The translations under genes were made by a program, and so were the position numbers. From the NCBI GenBank assembly GCA_018711685.1, contig DVHZ01000153.1:5192-69191 (forward strand): 64,000 nucleotides of DNA, read 5' to 3'. Below the pieces are notes generated by a model that saw only the letters and a program-made list of their open reading frames with translations, searched no databases and had not been told where the DNA came from. This DNA is from Candidatus Excrementavichristensenella intestinipullorum. Its GTDB lineage: Bacteria > Bacillota > Clostridia > Christensenellales > Aristaeellaceae. This document shows positions 29,282 through 38,179 of this stretch, piece after piece. Each line of letters begins with the position of its first letter. Position 1 is the first letter of the stretch.

Positions 29282-29303
29282 AATTGTCCGCAAGACAATT
29301 ATA
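29282..29303 (-). promoter_or_regulatory. putative autoregulatory operator overlapping the mocR-like -10
   Basis: Inverted repeat AATTGTC-cgcaa-GACAATT (29282-29300), of the GntR-type GT..AC kind. The minus-strand TATAAT at 29298-29303 overlaps its right arm, about 38 nt upstream of the start codon. Confidence 0.45.
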
Positions 29304-29480
29304 CCGGCCCCGTCCTCAAATTTCAACCTTCCCTCCTCATCTTTCCGCCCCGGCGACCCTTTTTAGGGAGAATGCGTTTCCGTCGTTTCGTGGCCCTTGA
29401 TCCCATAAAAACAGCCGCCGGGCTTAGGCCTGGCGGAGATGGAGAGAAACGGCGGAGGAACATGGACGCCTGACCCCGGT

Positions 29481-30752
29481 TCACAGAATCACTTGCAGGG
29501 TAAATCGGTTGTCTTGGGCCTGATAGGTACACAGGGCGTGGTTCTTTTCGCAAAAGGCGGCGATGGAGCGCACACCCAGGCCGTGGCCTTCTTGGCTGGC
29601 GACCGGCAATCCTTGCTCGTCAAAGCGCACATGGCCTACGAAGGGATTGGCGATGCGGAACATCAGCCGCGGATAGCCGATCACCTTGCAATACAGCGTG
29701 CGCTGTTCCCGGGGAAGGGCCAGGTTGGCCTGAATGGCGTTTTCCAGCGCGTTGGACAGGGCGATGGCCAACTCCATCTCGTCCACGGTCAGGCCCTCGG
29801 GCAGAGCGATGCGGGCGTTGACTTGGATACCCTGCCGTTTGGCCTGCTCGAAATAGGAGAAAAACATGGCGTCCAGTACCGGCTGGCGGCACCAATGCAC
29901 CAACCTATGCTCCTCCAGCCGGGTTTGGGCGGCGTGAATCACATCCATGGCCGCCTGCCTGTCTCCCCGGGCCACCAGCTCGGTGACGGTCTGCAGGCGA
30001 TGGCGCAAATTGTGGCGCTCCTGGCGCACCAGCTCCTCCGCCTCGTGGATGGCCTTGATCTGGACCTGCATGGCGGCCACCTGGGTTTGCAGCAGCATTT
30101 GACTGTTTCGGGCCTCAATGCCCTTTTGGACCTGCTCGAAAAACAGATAGATCAGGAAATAGGCGCAGCCGCACACCAGCACCAAGCCATACAGGATGAT
30201 GGCCGTTTGGAAGGGCGCGTCGGAAAAGAACTCCCTATTGGCATAGAGGATCACCAGACAGGTAAAGATGGGGATCAGGCTCAGGGTCATCCATCCCTTG
30301 TCCATCTGGCGCAGCATACTCTGATAGGCCACGTTGAGCTTGAGCAGGACAATGCTGAACAGGCCGATGGAGATCAGCCGCACCAATATGGGCAGCCACA
30401 GGAGCGAGGGCGCCAACGCCTGGGCCAGGTAGCCGTTGACGCCGCCGATGCAGCCCAGAAAAAAGCCGTTGGCCACCCCAAATAGCGCCCGCAGCCCACG
30501 GTAGCGGGAACACCATACCGTGGCCACCGTATAGGGAATCACCAACGTGAATACGGCCAGCCGGGTATAGAGGTCAAAATACCCCCACCAGATGACCGCC
30601 ACATGAAGGGTGGCCAGCGCGCCGATCATCGCCAACCAGCGCATCCGCCAGCGCCTGGTGGGCTGGCGAAAGTCGGTTTGCCACATCATATAGCCGCCCA
30701 GGGCACACTGAGTCAGCAGTACCATCAGGGCGCGATAATGGTCCTGATTCAT
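29481..30752 (-). CDS. AgrC/ComD-like (HPK10, GHKL) membrane sensor histidine kinase
   Basis: 423 aa with about 6 N-terminal TM helices, an H-box (ERHNLRHRL) and N/G boxes (LSNALENAIQAN, GHGLGV). The start ATG overlaps the response-regulator stop (ATGA). Confidence 0.8.
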   Translation of the reverse strand: MNQDHYRALMVLLTQCALGGYMMWQTDFRQPTRRWRMRWLAMIGALATLHVAVIWWGYFDLYTRLAVFTLVIPYTVATVWCSRYRGLRALFGVANGFFLGCIGGVNGYLAQALAPSLLWLPILVRLISIGLFSIVLLKLNVAYQSMLRQMDKGWMTLSLIPIFTCLVILYANREFFSDAPFQTAIILYGLVLVCGCAYFLIYLFFEQVQKGIEARNSQMLLQTQVAAMQVQIKAIHEAEELVRQERHNLRHRLQTVTELVARGDRQAAMDVIHAAQTRLEEHRLVHWCRQPVLDAMFFSYFEQAKRQGIQVNARIALPEGLTVDEMELAIALSNALENAIQANLALPREQRTLYCKVIGYPRLMFRIANPFVGHVRFDEQGLPVASQEGHGLGVRSIAAFCEKNHALCTYQAQDNRFTLQVIL

Positions 30753-31486
30753 TCTTCCTCCTCCCCCAGCCAGTACTGACCCCAGGCCAGCTTAAAGCCC
30801 GTGGCCGCAGTGCGGGGCAGGGGTACCGTGACGCCGTTGTCCAACAGGGCGTTTTGCCCGTTCACTCCGGCCACATGCTCCAGGTTGAACACAAAGCTGG
30901 CCCCGCACAGGCAGAACCGGGAATCGGCCAGCAGGGGCGCCACCATCTCTCGAAAGGAAACCCGGATGGACTGGGAATCCACCGTATCATCCACGCACAC
31001 ATAGCGCATGGATCGGCCTACCCGCTCCACATACAAAATGCGCTCCAAGAGGACGCGCTGTTGACCGCCTGGGGTGGAAACCAGTATGGCGCTGCTGCGC
31101 CTGCGCTTCAGCTTCTGGGTCGCCGCGTCCAGCACCGCAAATAGCCGCTCCTCCTTTACCGGTTTGAGCAGATAATAAAAGGCCCGCACGTTGTAGCTGT
31201 CGGCGGCGTATTCCTTGGAGGAGGTTAAATAGATGATTTCGCCGCCCTCTCCCAGGCTGCGCAGTTTAAGCCCGGTTTGTATGCCCCCCGGTTCGGGCAT
31301 AATCACATCCAAAATATACAGGTCAAAGCGGTCCCCGGCGTTCACCGCCTTGAGCAGCTCGTGTCCGCTCTCAAACGCCTGGACCCGCCCCTGGAGCTTG
31401 GGCCTGTCCTTTATGTACGCCTCTAAGCTGGCCGTTATCTTTTCCCTGTCCCTGGCCTCGTCGTCGCACACAGCGATTTTCAGCAT
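30749..31486 (-). CDS. LytTR-family response regulator
   Basis: Has a receiver domain (KIAVCDDE...LYILDVIMPEPGG) and a C-terminal LytTR DNA-binding domain (ILYVERVGRSMRYV...). Confidence 0.88.
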   Translation of the reverse strand: MLKIAVCDDEARDREKITASLEAYIKDRPKLQGRVQAFESGHELLKAVNAGDRFDLYILDVIMPEPGGIQTGLKLRSLGEGGEIIYLTSSKEYAADSYNVRAFYYLLKPVKEERLFAVLDAATQKLKRRRSSAILVSTPGGQQRVLLERILYVERVGRSMRYVCVDDTVDSQSIRVSFREMVAPLLADSRFCLCGASFVFNLEHVAGVNGQNALLDNGVTVPLPRTAATGFKLAWGQYWLGEEEE

Positions 31487-31516
31487 AGCTCCATTTCCCC
31501 CACCCAGTCGTTACGG

Positions 31517-31584
31517 CAAATTCTGTGCAGGTCAACGCCAATTCTACGCAAAGCGGCATACTGCTCCATATTATATGCTAGAAT
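31517..31584 (+). promoter_or_regulatory. putative LytTR binding sites plus the cstA promoter
   Basis: Direct repeats CAAATTCTGTGCA (31517-31529) and CCAATTCTACGCA (31538-31550) are 21 nt centre to centre. An extended -10, TGcTAGAAT (31576-31584), sits inside the palindrome ATGCTA-GAA-TAGCAT. A third copy, CCAATTCGTCAAG, lies at 31597-31609. Confidence 0.45.
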
Positions 31585-31686
31585 AGCATGTTATCGCCAA
31601 TTCGTCAAGGGTACGCCATCCGCCGGCGCTCAGCCTCCCTTGGGGCCGGCGCACCGGCGTACCGGAAAAGAAGGGGGCTTCTACGG

Positions 31687-33123
31687 ATGATTACTTTTCT
31701 GTGCGCTCTTTTCCTGTTGGTAGCCGGTTACTTCGGCTACGGGCGGTTGGTGGAGCGGGCTTTCCGCCCCGACGAACGCCCCACGCCCGCCATGGCCCAT
31801 CCCGACGGGGTAGACTACGTGCCCATGAAGACCTGGCGTGTATTCCTCATCCAGCTACTCAACATCGCCGGGACCGGCCCCATTTTCGGCGCGCTGATGG
31901 GCGCGGTATTCGGCCCTGTGGTGTACCTGTGGATCGTGCTGGGCTGCATCCTGGGCGGTGCGGTTCACGATTACATGACCGGCATGATCTCGGTGCGCAT
32001 GAACGGCGCCTCGGTATCCGAAATCGTGGGCCGGTACCTGGGCGGCACGGCCAAGCAAATCATGCGGGTATTTTCCGTGGTGCTGCTGGTGCTGGTGGGG
32101 ACCGTATTCACCACCAGCCCCGCGGCGCTGCTGGCCCGACTGACTCCCGCCTGGATGGATCAGGGGGTGTGGGTAGCGGTGATTCTGGTTTACTACCTGT
32201 TGGCCACCCTGCTGCCCATCGACAAGCTCATCGGCAAGCTGTACCCGATTTTCGGCATCGTGCTGGGCGTGATGGCTCTGGGCATCATGGGCGGACTGCT
32301 GGCAGGGGGCTACACCTTGCCCGAGCTGGCCCTCACCGGGCAGCATCCCAGCGGAACCCCGGTATGGCCCTACATGTTCGTCACCGTGGCCTGCGGCGCG
32401 GTGTCCGGCTTTCACGCCACCCAGTCCCCCATGATGGCCCGATGCATCAAATCGGAGGCAGACGGGCGCAAGGTGTTCTACGGCGCCATGCTGGCGGAGG
32501 GCGTTATCGCCCTGGTATGGGCCAGCGCGGGCATCGCCTTCTACGGCGCTACCGGCGGGCTGCAGGCCGCCCTGACCCAGCTGGGGCAGTCCGGCGTGGT
32601 GTACGACCTGTCGGTGTCCCTGTTGGGCGTGGTGGGCGGCGCCCTGGCGGTGGTGGGCGTGGTGGTGTGCCCGGTTTCCTCGGGGGATACCGCCTTTCGC
32701 AGCGCCCGGCTGACCATCGCCGACTGGTTCCACATCGACCAATCCCCGCTCTCCCGCCGCCTGGCGGTTACCCTTCCCCTGCTGGCGGTGGGCGCCTGCC
32801 TCACCCAGGTGGACTTCGACGTGGTGTGGCGCTATTTCTCCTGGAGCAATCAAACCCTGGCCATGATCGCCCTGTGGGCCGCCGCCATGTACCTGGTGGA
32901 AAACGCACCCATGGCCTTCTGGCCCCTGTGCGCCGTCCCCGCCGCCTTTATGTCCGCCGTGTCCTGCACCTATATCCTCATGGCCCAGGAGGGCCTGGGC
33001 CTGCCCCAGCAAATCGCCTATCCCATTGGGGCGCTGTTCGCCCTGGGCTGCGCTGCCCTCTTTGCCGTGGGCGCGGCCCGCAAAAAGAACGGCCGGAGCT
33101 TGTCCGGCGAGAGAAAGGTTTGA
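31687..33123 (+). CDS. cstA: carbon starvation protein A family transporter
   Basis: ATG 31687 follows GAAAAGAAGGGGG. The 478-aa polytopic protein has CstA N-terminal blocks (LNIAGTGPIFGALMGA, GGAVHDYMTGM). Confidence 0.85.
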   Translation: MITFLCALFLLVAGYFGYGRLVERAFRPDERPTPAMAHPDGVDYVPMKTWRVFLIQLLNIAGTGPIFGALMGAVFGPVVYLWIVLGCILGGAVHDYMTGMISVRMNGASVSEIVGRYLGGTAKQIMRVFSVVLLVLVGTVFTTSPAALLARLTPAWMDQGVWVAVILVYYLLATLLPIDKLIGKLYPIFGIVLGVMALGIMGGLLAGGYTLPELALTGQHPSGTPVWPYMFVTVACGAVSGFHATQSPMMARCIKSEADGRKVFYGAMLAEGVIALVWASAGIAFYGATGGLQAALTQLGQSGVVYDLSVSLLGVVGGALAVVGVVVCPVSSGDTAFRSARLTIADWFHIDQSPLSRRLAVTLPLLAVGACLTQVDFDVVWRYFSWSNQTLAMIALWAAAMYLVENAPMAFWPLCAVPAAFMSAVSCTYILMAQEGLGLPQQIAYPIGALFALGCAALFAVGAARKKNGRSLSGERKV

Positions 33124-33128
33124 ATGAA

Positions 33129-34229
33129 ATGAAAAAATTGTTGTCTTTGCTCTGCGCCGCAGTCCTGGTCCTCACCAGCGCCGCCTGCGCCTCCGACGCC
33201 GCCGCCTCGCCCCTGGCGGGCAGGCGTGTGGCCTACGTGATGCAGATGGCCTCCTCGGAGATCTTCCAGCTGTGGTCCGACGCCGCCCAGCAGACCGCCC
33301 AGTCCTTGGGCATGGAATACCAGGCGTTCTTCTGCGACGGCTCCCACCAGGCCTGGCAGGATACCATCGTCCAGTGCGCCCAACAGGGCTATGACGGGCT
33401 GCTCCTCAGCCACGGCGGCCAGGATTACGCCTATTCCTTCCTCCAGGACCTGCTGGAGGACTATCCCCAGCTGAAAATCGTGACCTTCGATACCCTGTTT
33501 CTGGATCCACAGGGCCAGGAGCAAAAGCTGCCCGGCGTCACCCAGTTCTTCCAGCAGGACGGCCAGATCGCCGAATTACTGCTCTCCTACATCTGCCAGG
33601 AGCTGTACCCGGACAAGACGGCTTCCGGCCAGCCGGTGAACATCCTCAAGGTCTGGGCCGGACCGGGTACGCTGGCTGCCTTCGACCGCCGCCAGGAGGG
33701 CTATGCCCGCTATGAGGAGCAGGGGCTCATCGCTACAGTGGAAACCATCGCGCCCCAATCCGCCGCCGGCGCCGATGCGCAGGACTCCATGGCCCAGGTG
33801 GCCGCCCAAGCCCTGGCCCAGTACGAGGAGGGCCAAATCGACGCCATCTGGTGCTGCTACGACTTGTACGCCCGGGGCGTCTACGAGGCCCTGGTCCAGA
33901 GCGGCTGCCAAATCCCCCTGGTCAGCGCCGATATCTGCGACGCCGACCTGGCCCTGATGGCCCAGCAGGATTCCCCCTGGATGGCCTGCGCCACCACCAA
34001 TTGGGCCCTCAACGGCGAGTTCGGTATGCGGGTGCTGGCCCTGGAATTGGCCGGGGAATACGACCGCATCGTGGACCCCGCCTCCGGTGAGGTGAGCGAC
34101 TGGCTGGAAATTCCTCCCTTCCTGGTCACCCAACAGGACCTCTCCGGCGCGGACCCCACCGTGGCGGACCTGACGGCCCTCTCCGGCGACAGCGCCGGTT
34201 GGATGCCCACCGCCAGTTGGATGCCCTGA
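33129..34229 (+). CDS. lipoprotein with a type I periplasmic (sugar/LacI-like) binding-protein fold, orphan
   Basis: ATG 33129 begins the in-frame 3' part of listed ORF 31701-34229. It has a lipobox (VLTSAAC) and a body resembling ABC sugar-binding proteins. No permease or ATPase gene is adjacent. Confidence 0.65.
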   Translation: MKKLLSLLCAAVLVLTSAACASDAAASPLAGRRVAYVMQMASSEIFQLWSDAAQQTAQSLGMEYQAFFCDGSHQAWQDTIVQCAQQGYDGLLLSHGGQDYAYSFLQDLLEDYPQLKIVTFDTLFLDPQGQEQKLPGVTQFFQQDGQIAELLLSYICQELYPDKTASGQPVNILKVWAGPGTLAAFDRRQEGYARYEEQGLIATVETIAPQSAAGADAQDSMAQVAAQALAQYEEGQIDAIWCCYDLYARGVYEALVQSGCQIPLVSADICDADLALMAQQDSPWMACATTNWALNGEFGMRVLALELAGEYDRIVDPASGEVSDWLEIPPFLVTQQDLSGADPTVADLTALSGDSAGWMPTASWMP

Positions 34230-34289
34230 TCCCCCGGAGGCTTTCCCCCTGGACGCTTCCGGCCCGTATATCCATGCAGCCGAAAAACC

Positions 34290-34330
34290 ATCCGGCGCCG
34301 CAGGCCCACGCCTGCGGCGCCGGATTTATT
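34290..34330 (+). terminator. intrinsic terminator after the binding-protein gene
   Basis: ATCCGGCGCCGCAGG-cccacg-CCTGCGGCGCCGGAT (15-bp perfect stem) followed by TTATT. Confidence 0.75.
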
Positions 34331-34497
34331 AGCCCCTTTCTGCCGCTGCATACGCCGCGTCCCCAGCCCTCCCGCCCCGGCGGAATGTTAAATTCTCCGA
34401 ACGTATTTATTCATAAAAGTGAATATGCTATGCTGTGTAAACCGGCCCAGCCCATAAGGGCCCGGTTGCTCCACGATAAAAAAAGGGAGGCTTGTTT

Positions 34498-35460
34498 ATG
34501 AAAATCCGGTATTCCCGCCTGTTGGCCGGCCTTCTGGCTGCGCTGCTGTTGGCCTGCTCCGTCGCCGCCTATGCGGAACCCGTCACGGCTTCCGCCGCCC
34601 AAATCACCTATACCTATGAGGAATATCCCCTGGAGCGCAACGGCATAGCGCTGCACCTGGACTGCGTCACCGCTTCCAACGATCCCCAGCAGAGCATTCT
34701 GCTGGTCCACGGGCTTACCTACTCCTCCCACGAGTTCGATATGGACTACCAGGACTATAGCCTGGTGCGGCTGCTGGCCCGGGAGGGCTACGCGGTGTGG
34801 CGGCTGGATATCGCCGGCTACGGCCGTTCCGGCGAGGTGGAGGACGGATTCATGCCCGATTCCGATTACGCCGCAGAGGATATCTGCGCCGCCGTGGAAA
34901 CCATTCTGGAAACCACCGGCCTGGAGAAAATCGACGTGCTGGGCTGGAGCTGGGGCACCGTCACCTCCAGCCGTTTCGCCGCCCAGCATCCCGAGTACAT
35001 CAATAAGCTGGTGCTCTATGCCCCCATCCTGTGCGGCCTGGGCGCGGCGGAGGTCACCGAGCCCTTCCACTACAACTACTGGGAGCACGCCGCCGACGAT
35101 TTCCAGAAGACCGAGGACGGCAGCTTTGACCTGAGCATCACCGATCCGGTCATCATCGAAATGTACTGCTCCAGCTGCTGGCACTACGACCGCGACTACA
35201 GCCCCAACGGCGGCCGCCGCGACCTGTGCGTGGACCCCTCCCAGCTGCTCATCGACCTGGAGGCCATCCAAACGCCCACCCTGGTCATCTGCGGCGACAG
35301 CGACCCCTACCTGAACATGGACCTGGTGAACGCCTCCCTGGATTCCCTGCCGGAGGGCTCCGCCCTGGAGGTCATCCCCGGCGCTTCCCACTGCGCCATG
35401 ATCGAAGCTCCCTTCTATCACGACTTCCAGGCCCGCCTGCTGGCCTACCTGACCGCCTAA
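34498..35460 (+). CDS. secreted alpha/beta hydrolase
   Basis: ATG 34498 follows AAAGGGAGG. It has a signal peptide (LLACSVAAYA), an HG oxyanion block (LLVHGLTYSSHEF) and a nucleophile elbow GWSWGT. Confidence 0.78.
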   Translation: MKIRYSRLLAGLLAALLLACSVAAYAEPVTASAAQITYTYEEYPLERNGIALHLDCVTASNDPQQSILLVHGLTYSSHEFDMDYQDYSLVRLLAREGYAVWRLDIAGYGRSGEVEDGFMPDSDYAAEDICAAVETILETTGLEKIDVLGWSWGTVTSSRFAAQHPEYINKLVLYAPILCGLGAAEVTEPFHYNYWEHAADDFQKTEDGSFDLSITDPVIIEMYCSSCWHYDRDYSPNGGRRDLCVDPSQLLIDLEAIQTPTLVICGDSDPYLNMDLVNASLDSLPEGSALEVIPGASHCAMIEAPFYHDFQARLLAYLTA

Positions 35461-35473
35461 TCCGCCCCTACAC

Positions 35474-35508
35474 GGGGCCCCGCGCCTTTCCGGCGTGGGG
35501 CCCTTTTT
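35474..35508 (+). terminator. intrinsic terminator
   Basis: GGGGCCCCGCGCC-tttcc-GGCGTGGGGCCC (one mismatch) followed by TTTTT. Confidence 0.7.
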
Positions 35509-36177
35509 CTGCCGCTCCGGCGGCAACATATCATAGAAATGGCGCGGATAGCCAAAAGAGCGTCCGGCTTTGGCATCCCCAGTCCATCCGATAGGATCAA
35601 CTGCGCAAGCATGTTGCTCATGATCTGTCTGCCAATCAAGATGCGCAGAATCACCTGGGCGAAGCCCTGCCGCTGGAGGGTAAAGGCGAATTCCTCTCCC
35701 GGAAAACTGTACAGCCCCAATGCATGGTCCCTTAATCCAGCTGAGTTGCTCAATCCATTGCATCTTGAATACCAGGAAAGCTGTAGCGGAGGCTGTGCAA
35801 CGGATTTCCCGGATGGCTTCAGGGGCGTACTGAGCATGGCGTTACAGCAAGGTTCAGCGTACAGTCCGTGGGGGCCGCCGGGCGCATATGCGCGAAAATG
35901 GCCGGAAGCGCTGCTCAAGGGTTCCGACGCAAGGCGGCGCAAAGCCATGTAGGGCTATGCATTCTCTAACCAGCCGTTAAAGCAGGATGATTTACTGCCC
36001 CGGTCAGCGGAAATGAAAAGGTGTTATTCAGCGTGGTGAACGCCGGATAACGCCTCTTTTCTGGATCGCGGAATAATTGGATGCTTACATTAGTTTTAAA
36101 TAAATCATTAAAAGACCAATTTATTAATTTGTCGGAGTATAGTATAATGGCAAAAAAGATGTATGAAGGAGAACCAT

Positions 36178-36690
36178 ATGGATTTAGTGCTTAGTGACAG
36201 GAATTTAGATTCCTTCCGCCAACGCCACCCAACCATACAGTTTATCGATCTATCCAGTTTAAATATTGCAAACTGTGTTGGATGTTTTGGCTGTTGGGTA
36301 AAAACCCCCGGAAAATGCGTAATGCGCGATGATGCAGTTAAAGTCTATCCTCAAATTGCAGCCAGCGATAGAATTCTATATATAAGCAGAATTAAATATG
36401 GCGGTTATGATACGGTGATGAAAACCATGCTGGAACGAAGCATTCCTGTTCAGCAGGCGTTTATTCGTTTATTAGACGGAGAAACACACCATGTCCAGCG
36501 CAAAGTCGCGCCCAAAACGGCAGTCATCATCGGCTATGGAGATATTTCCCCCAAAGAACAAGAAATCTTCCGCGCCCTCGTAGAACGAAATGCAAAAAAT
36601 ATGAGTTTTAAAAGTTATCGTATTATATTTGTTGCAGAAAATCAAGTCGAGGCAGCAGCAAGCAACGAGGTGACAGCATGGGAAAAGTAA
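36178..36690 (+). CDS. flavodoxin-like-fold / iron-sulfur flavoprotein-like NAD(P)H-dependent oxidoreductase
   Basis: ATG 36178 lies 6 nt after AAGGAG; the ATG at 36163 has no RBS. It has the Cys motif CVGCFGCW and lies in an AT-rich (about 40% GC) block. A TATAAT sits at 36143-36148. Confidence 0.6.
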   Translation: MDLVLSDRNLDSFRQRHPTIQFIDLSSLNIANCVGCFGCWVKTPGKCVMRDDAVKVYPQIAASDRILYISRIKYGGYDTVMKTMLERSIPVQQAFIRLLDGETHHVQRKVAPKTAVIIGYGDISPKEQEIFRALVERNAKNMSFKSYRIIFVAENQVEAAASNEVTAWEK

Positions 36691-37280
36691 TGATTATCAA
36701 TGCCAGTCCACGGGCTCCCAAGTCAAATTCCAAGCAGTATGCCCAATTATTTTCGCAGTATTGCCGCTTGGATACGGAATACTATGAAGTGAAAAGGTCC
36801 AACCATTTGACGCTTTGCCGGACGATTGAAAATTACTCTCACATTGTATTTGTTTTTCCGCTTTACGTAGACAGTATTCCAGTGCCGCTCCTAAATTTCT
36901 TAAAAACTTTGGAAGAAAACGCTCCTCTTAAAAAACCCACTATTTCTGTTATCGTTAATTGCGGCTTTATTGAACCATACCAAAATGACGTCGCCGTTGA
37001 GATGCTACGGTCTTTTACAACAAAAAATGGCTATCCCTTTGGTTCGGTATTTAAAATCGGCAGCGGGGAAGCAATCTTAACTACGCCCTTCCGGATTTTT
37101 CTCAAAATAAAAATGAAAAAATTTGCCATATCCGTAATAAATCAACGGTACAATAATTTTCAAGCAACGATGCCGATCTCCAAAAAAATGTTCATCAAAG
37201 CATCAACTGCATATTGGGAGAATTATGGAAAAAAGAACGGCATTTCAAAAGAAGAAATGGAAATTATGCAAATCGAATAG
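36678..37280 (+). CDS. flavodoxin-like-fold NAD(P)H-dependent oxidoreductase
   Basis: 200 aa beginning MGKVMIINASPRAPKSNSK, with a ...VFVFPLYVDSIP block. It overlaps the previous gene by 13 nt and shares the same low-GC block. Confidence 0.6.
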   Translation: MGKVMIINASPRAPKSNSKQYAQLFSQYCRLDTEYYEVKRSNHLTLCRTIENYSHIVFVFPLYVDSIPVPLLNFLKTLEENAPLKKPTISVIVNCGFIEPYQNDVAVEMLRSFTTKNGYPFGSVFKIGSGEAILTTPFRIFLKIKMKKFAISVINQRYNNFQATMPISKKMFIKASTAYWENYGKKNGISKEEMEIMQIE

Positions 37281-37439
37281 CTGCTTCTTGCAAGAATGAA
37301 AAACGCTTCACCGGTGCGCCGGGCAGTAATGCTTCCGCGTTCATGCCAGCTTTTTAGCCGTGGGTTGCGCCATGCCGCTCCTTTTCTTTCTGCCCCTGAA
37401 TCGCCTGGCCTGGCAGAGCTCCAGTGAGGAAAGCGTATT

Positions 37440-37691
37440 TCAGGCGTCCACTGTCCGGCGCCCGGCCAGATACATCTTTCGCGCCAGCGCAGCGGCGTAA
37501 CCCGTCCACATTCCGTCCCGCCGGGTCAGAGCGGCATTGGGGTGTGCCTGCGCTTCACCTAGCGGCGTATGCAGTTTCTGCACCGCTTCACTGCGCTTTG
37601 GATTGCGCTCCGGGTGGACGTATAGCGCCCGGTCAACGGTTTCCACGCGGCTCAGCGCGATGTCGTCAAGCCAGTCCTGACGCCTCCTCAT
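37440..37691 (-). CDS. hypothetical small protein (83 aa), probably of mobile-element origin
   Basis: ATG 37691 follows a strong RBS (GGGAGGAAGG). It is the intact 3' part of listed ORF 37440-37943. No family was recognised. Confidence 0.4.
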   Translation of the reverse strand: MRRRQDWLDDIALSRVETVDRALYVHPERNPKRSEAVQKLHTPLGEAQAHPNAALTRRDGMWTGYAAALARKMYLAGRRTVDA

Positions 37692-38095
37692 AACCGCCCT
37701 TCCTCCCGCTGCTCCCGGTGGAGTTGGGCGTACTTTTCCTGGTGCGCCTGCATGTCCGCCGCGCTCTTGAATGCGGCGTAGCCGTTGAGGTGGCCCAGCA
37801 GGACGCGGCGCAGCCGGTTGTGTTCCGGCCGCCGAAGCCCTAGCACGTGAGCCGGCTGTTGGCGCGATACTGCTCCCGGGACCCACATCCGCCTTGAGGA
37901 ACACGCCCTTTGTTGCTTTCGCGTACTTGCGAATCGCCCCCAAGTGCGCCGTATACGCCTGCCAGGGGGCCGGATCGCAGTCGTGCTGAACCGTTTCTGC
38001 GGTGAACCTGCCTTCCTAAACGCGGCAGCCTTTGAGCATCCCCCCGAGCCAGGCCGTCCGCCAGCAGCGCTTCGAAACCGGCGAGGGTTTCCATG
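37688..38095 (-). pseudogene. degraded ORF (frameshifts and stop), unknown family
   Basis: ATG 38095 opens METLAGFEALLADGLARG. After that, protein-like sequence continues only by hopping between all three frames (...EGRFTAETVQHDCDPAPWQAYTAHLGAIRKYAKATKGVFLK... / ...VLLGHLNGYAAFKSAADMQAHQEKYAQLHREQREEG). Confidence 0.4.
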
Positions 38096-38179
38096 GGAAA
38101 TCGCCGTGCGCACACGCGCTCCGCCCCATCACGAGCGCCCCCGGATTGCTCCGAGGGCGCCGCTTGTTCTCTTTTGACC

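Noticed and set aside
29261-31686. agr-type quorum-sensing locus (agrB/agrD) next to the AgrC-like kinase and LytTR regulator
   Set aside because: No AgrB-like membrane protease and no short AgrD-like peptide ORF with an RBS were found on either side. The only small ORFs there overlap coding or GC-rich spacer sequence and lack translation signals.
31701-33128. 5' two-thirds of the 842-aa ORF 31701-34229
   Set aside because: This part overlaps cstA out of frame and is Arg/Gly/Pro-rich. Only the part from ATG 33129 (lipoprotein signal peptide) is a real gene.
34411-35763. 450-aa minus-strand ORF
   Set aside because: It runs antisense to the secreted alpha/beta hydrolase (34498-35460) and has no motifs. 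Its 3' tail in 35460-35763 has no RBS or start context.
35509-36160. Possible ABC-ATPase or other gene remnant on the minus strand (for example ...FPGEEFAFTLQRQGFAQVILRIL...LILSDGLG...)
   Set aside because: The resemblance to the signature/Walker B region is too weak and needs gaps. There is no start, RBS or consistent frame. I left it unannotated, noting only that the region lacks a confident gene.
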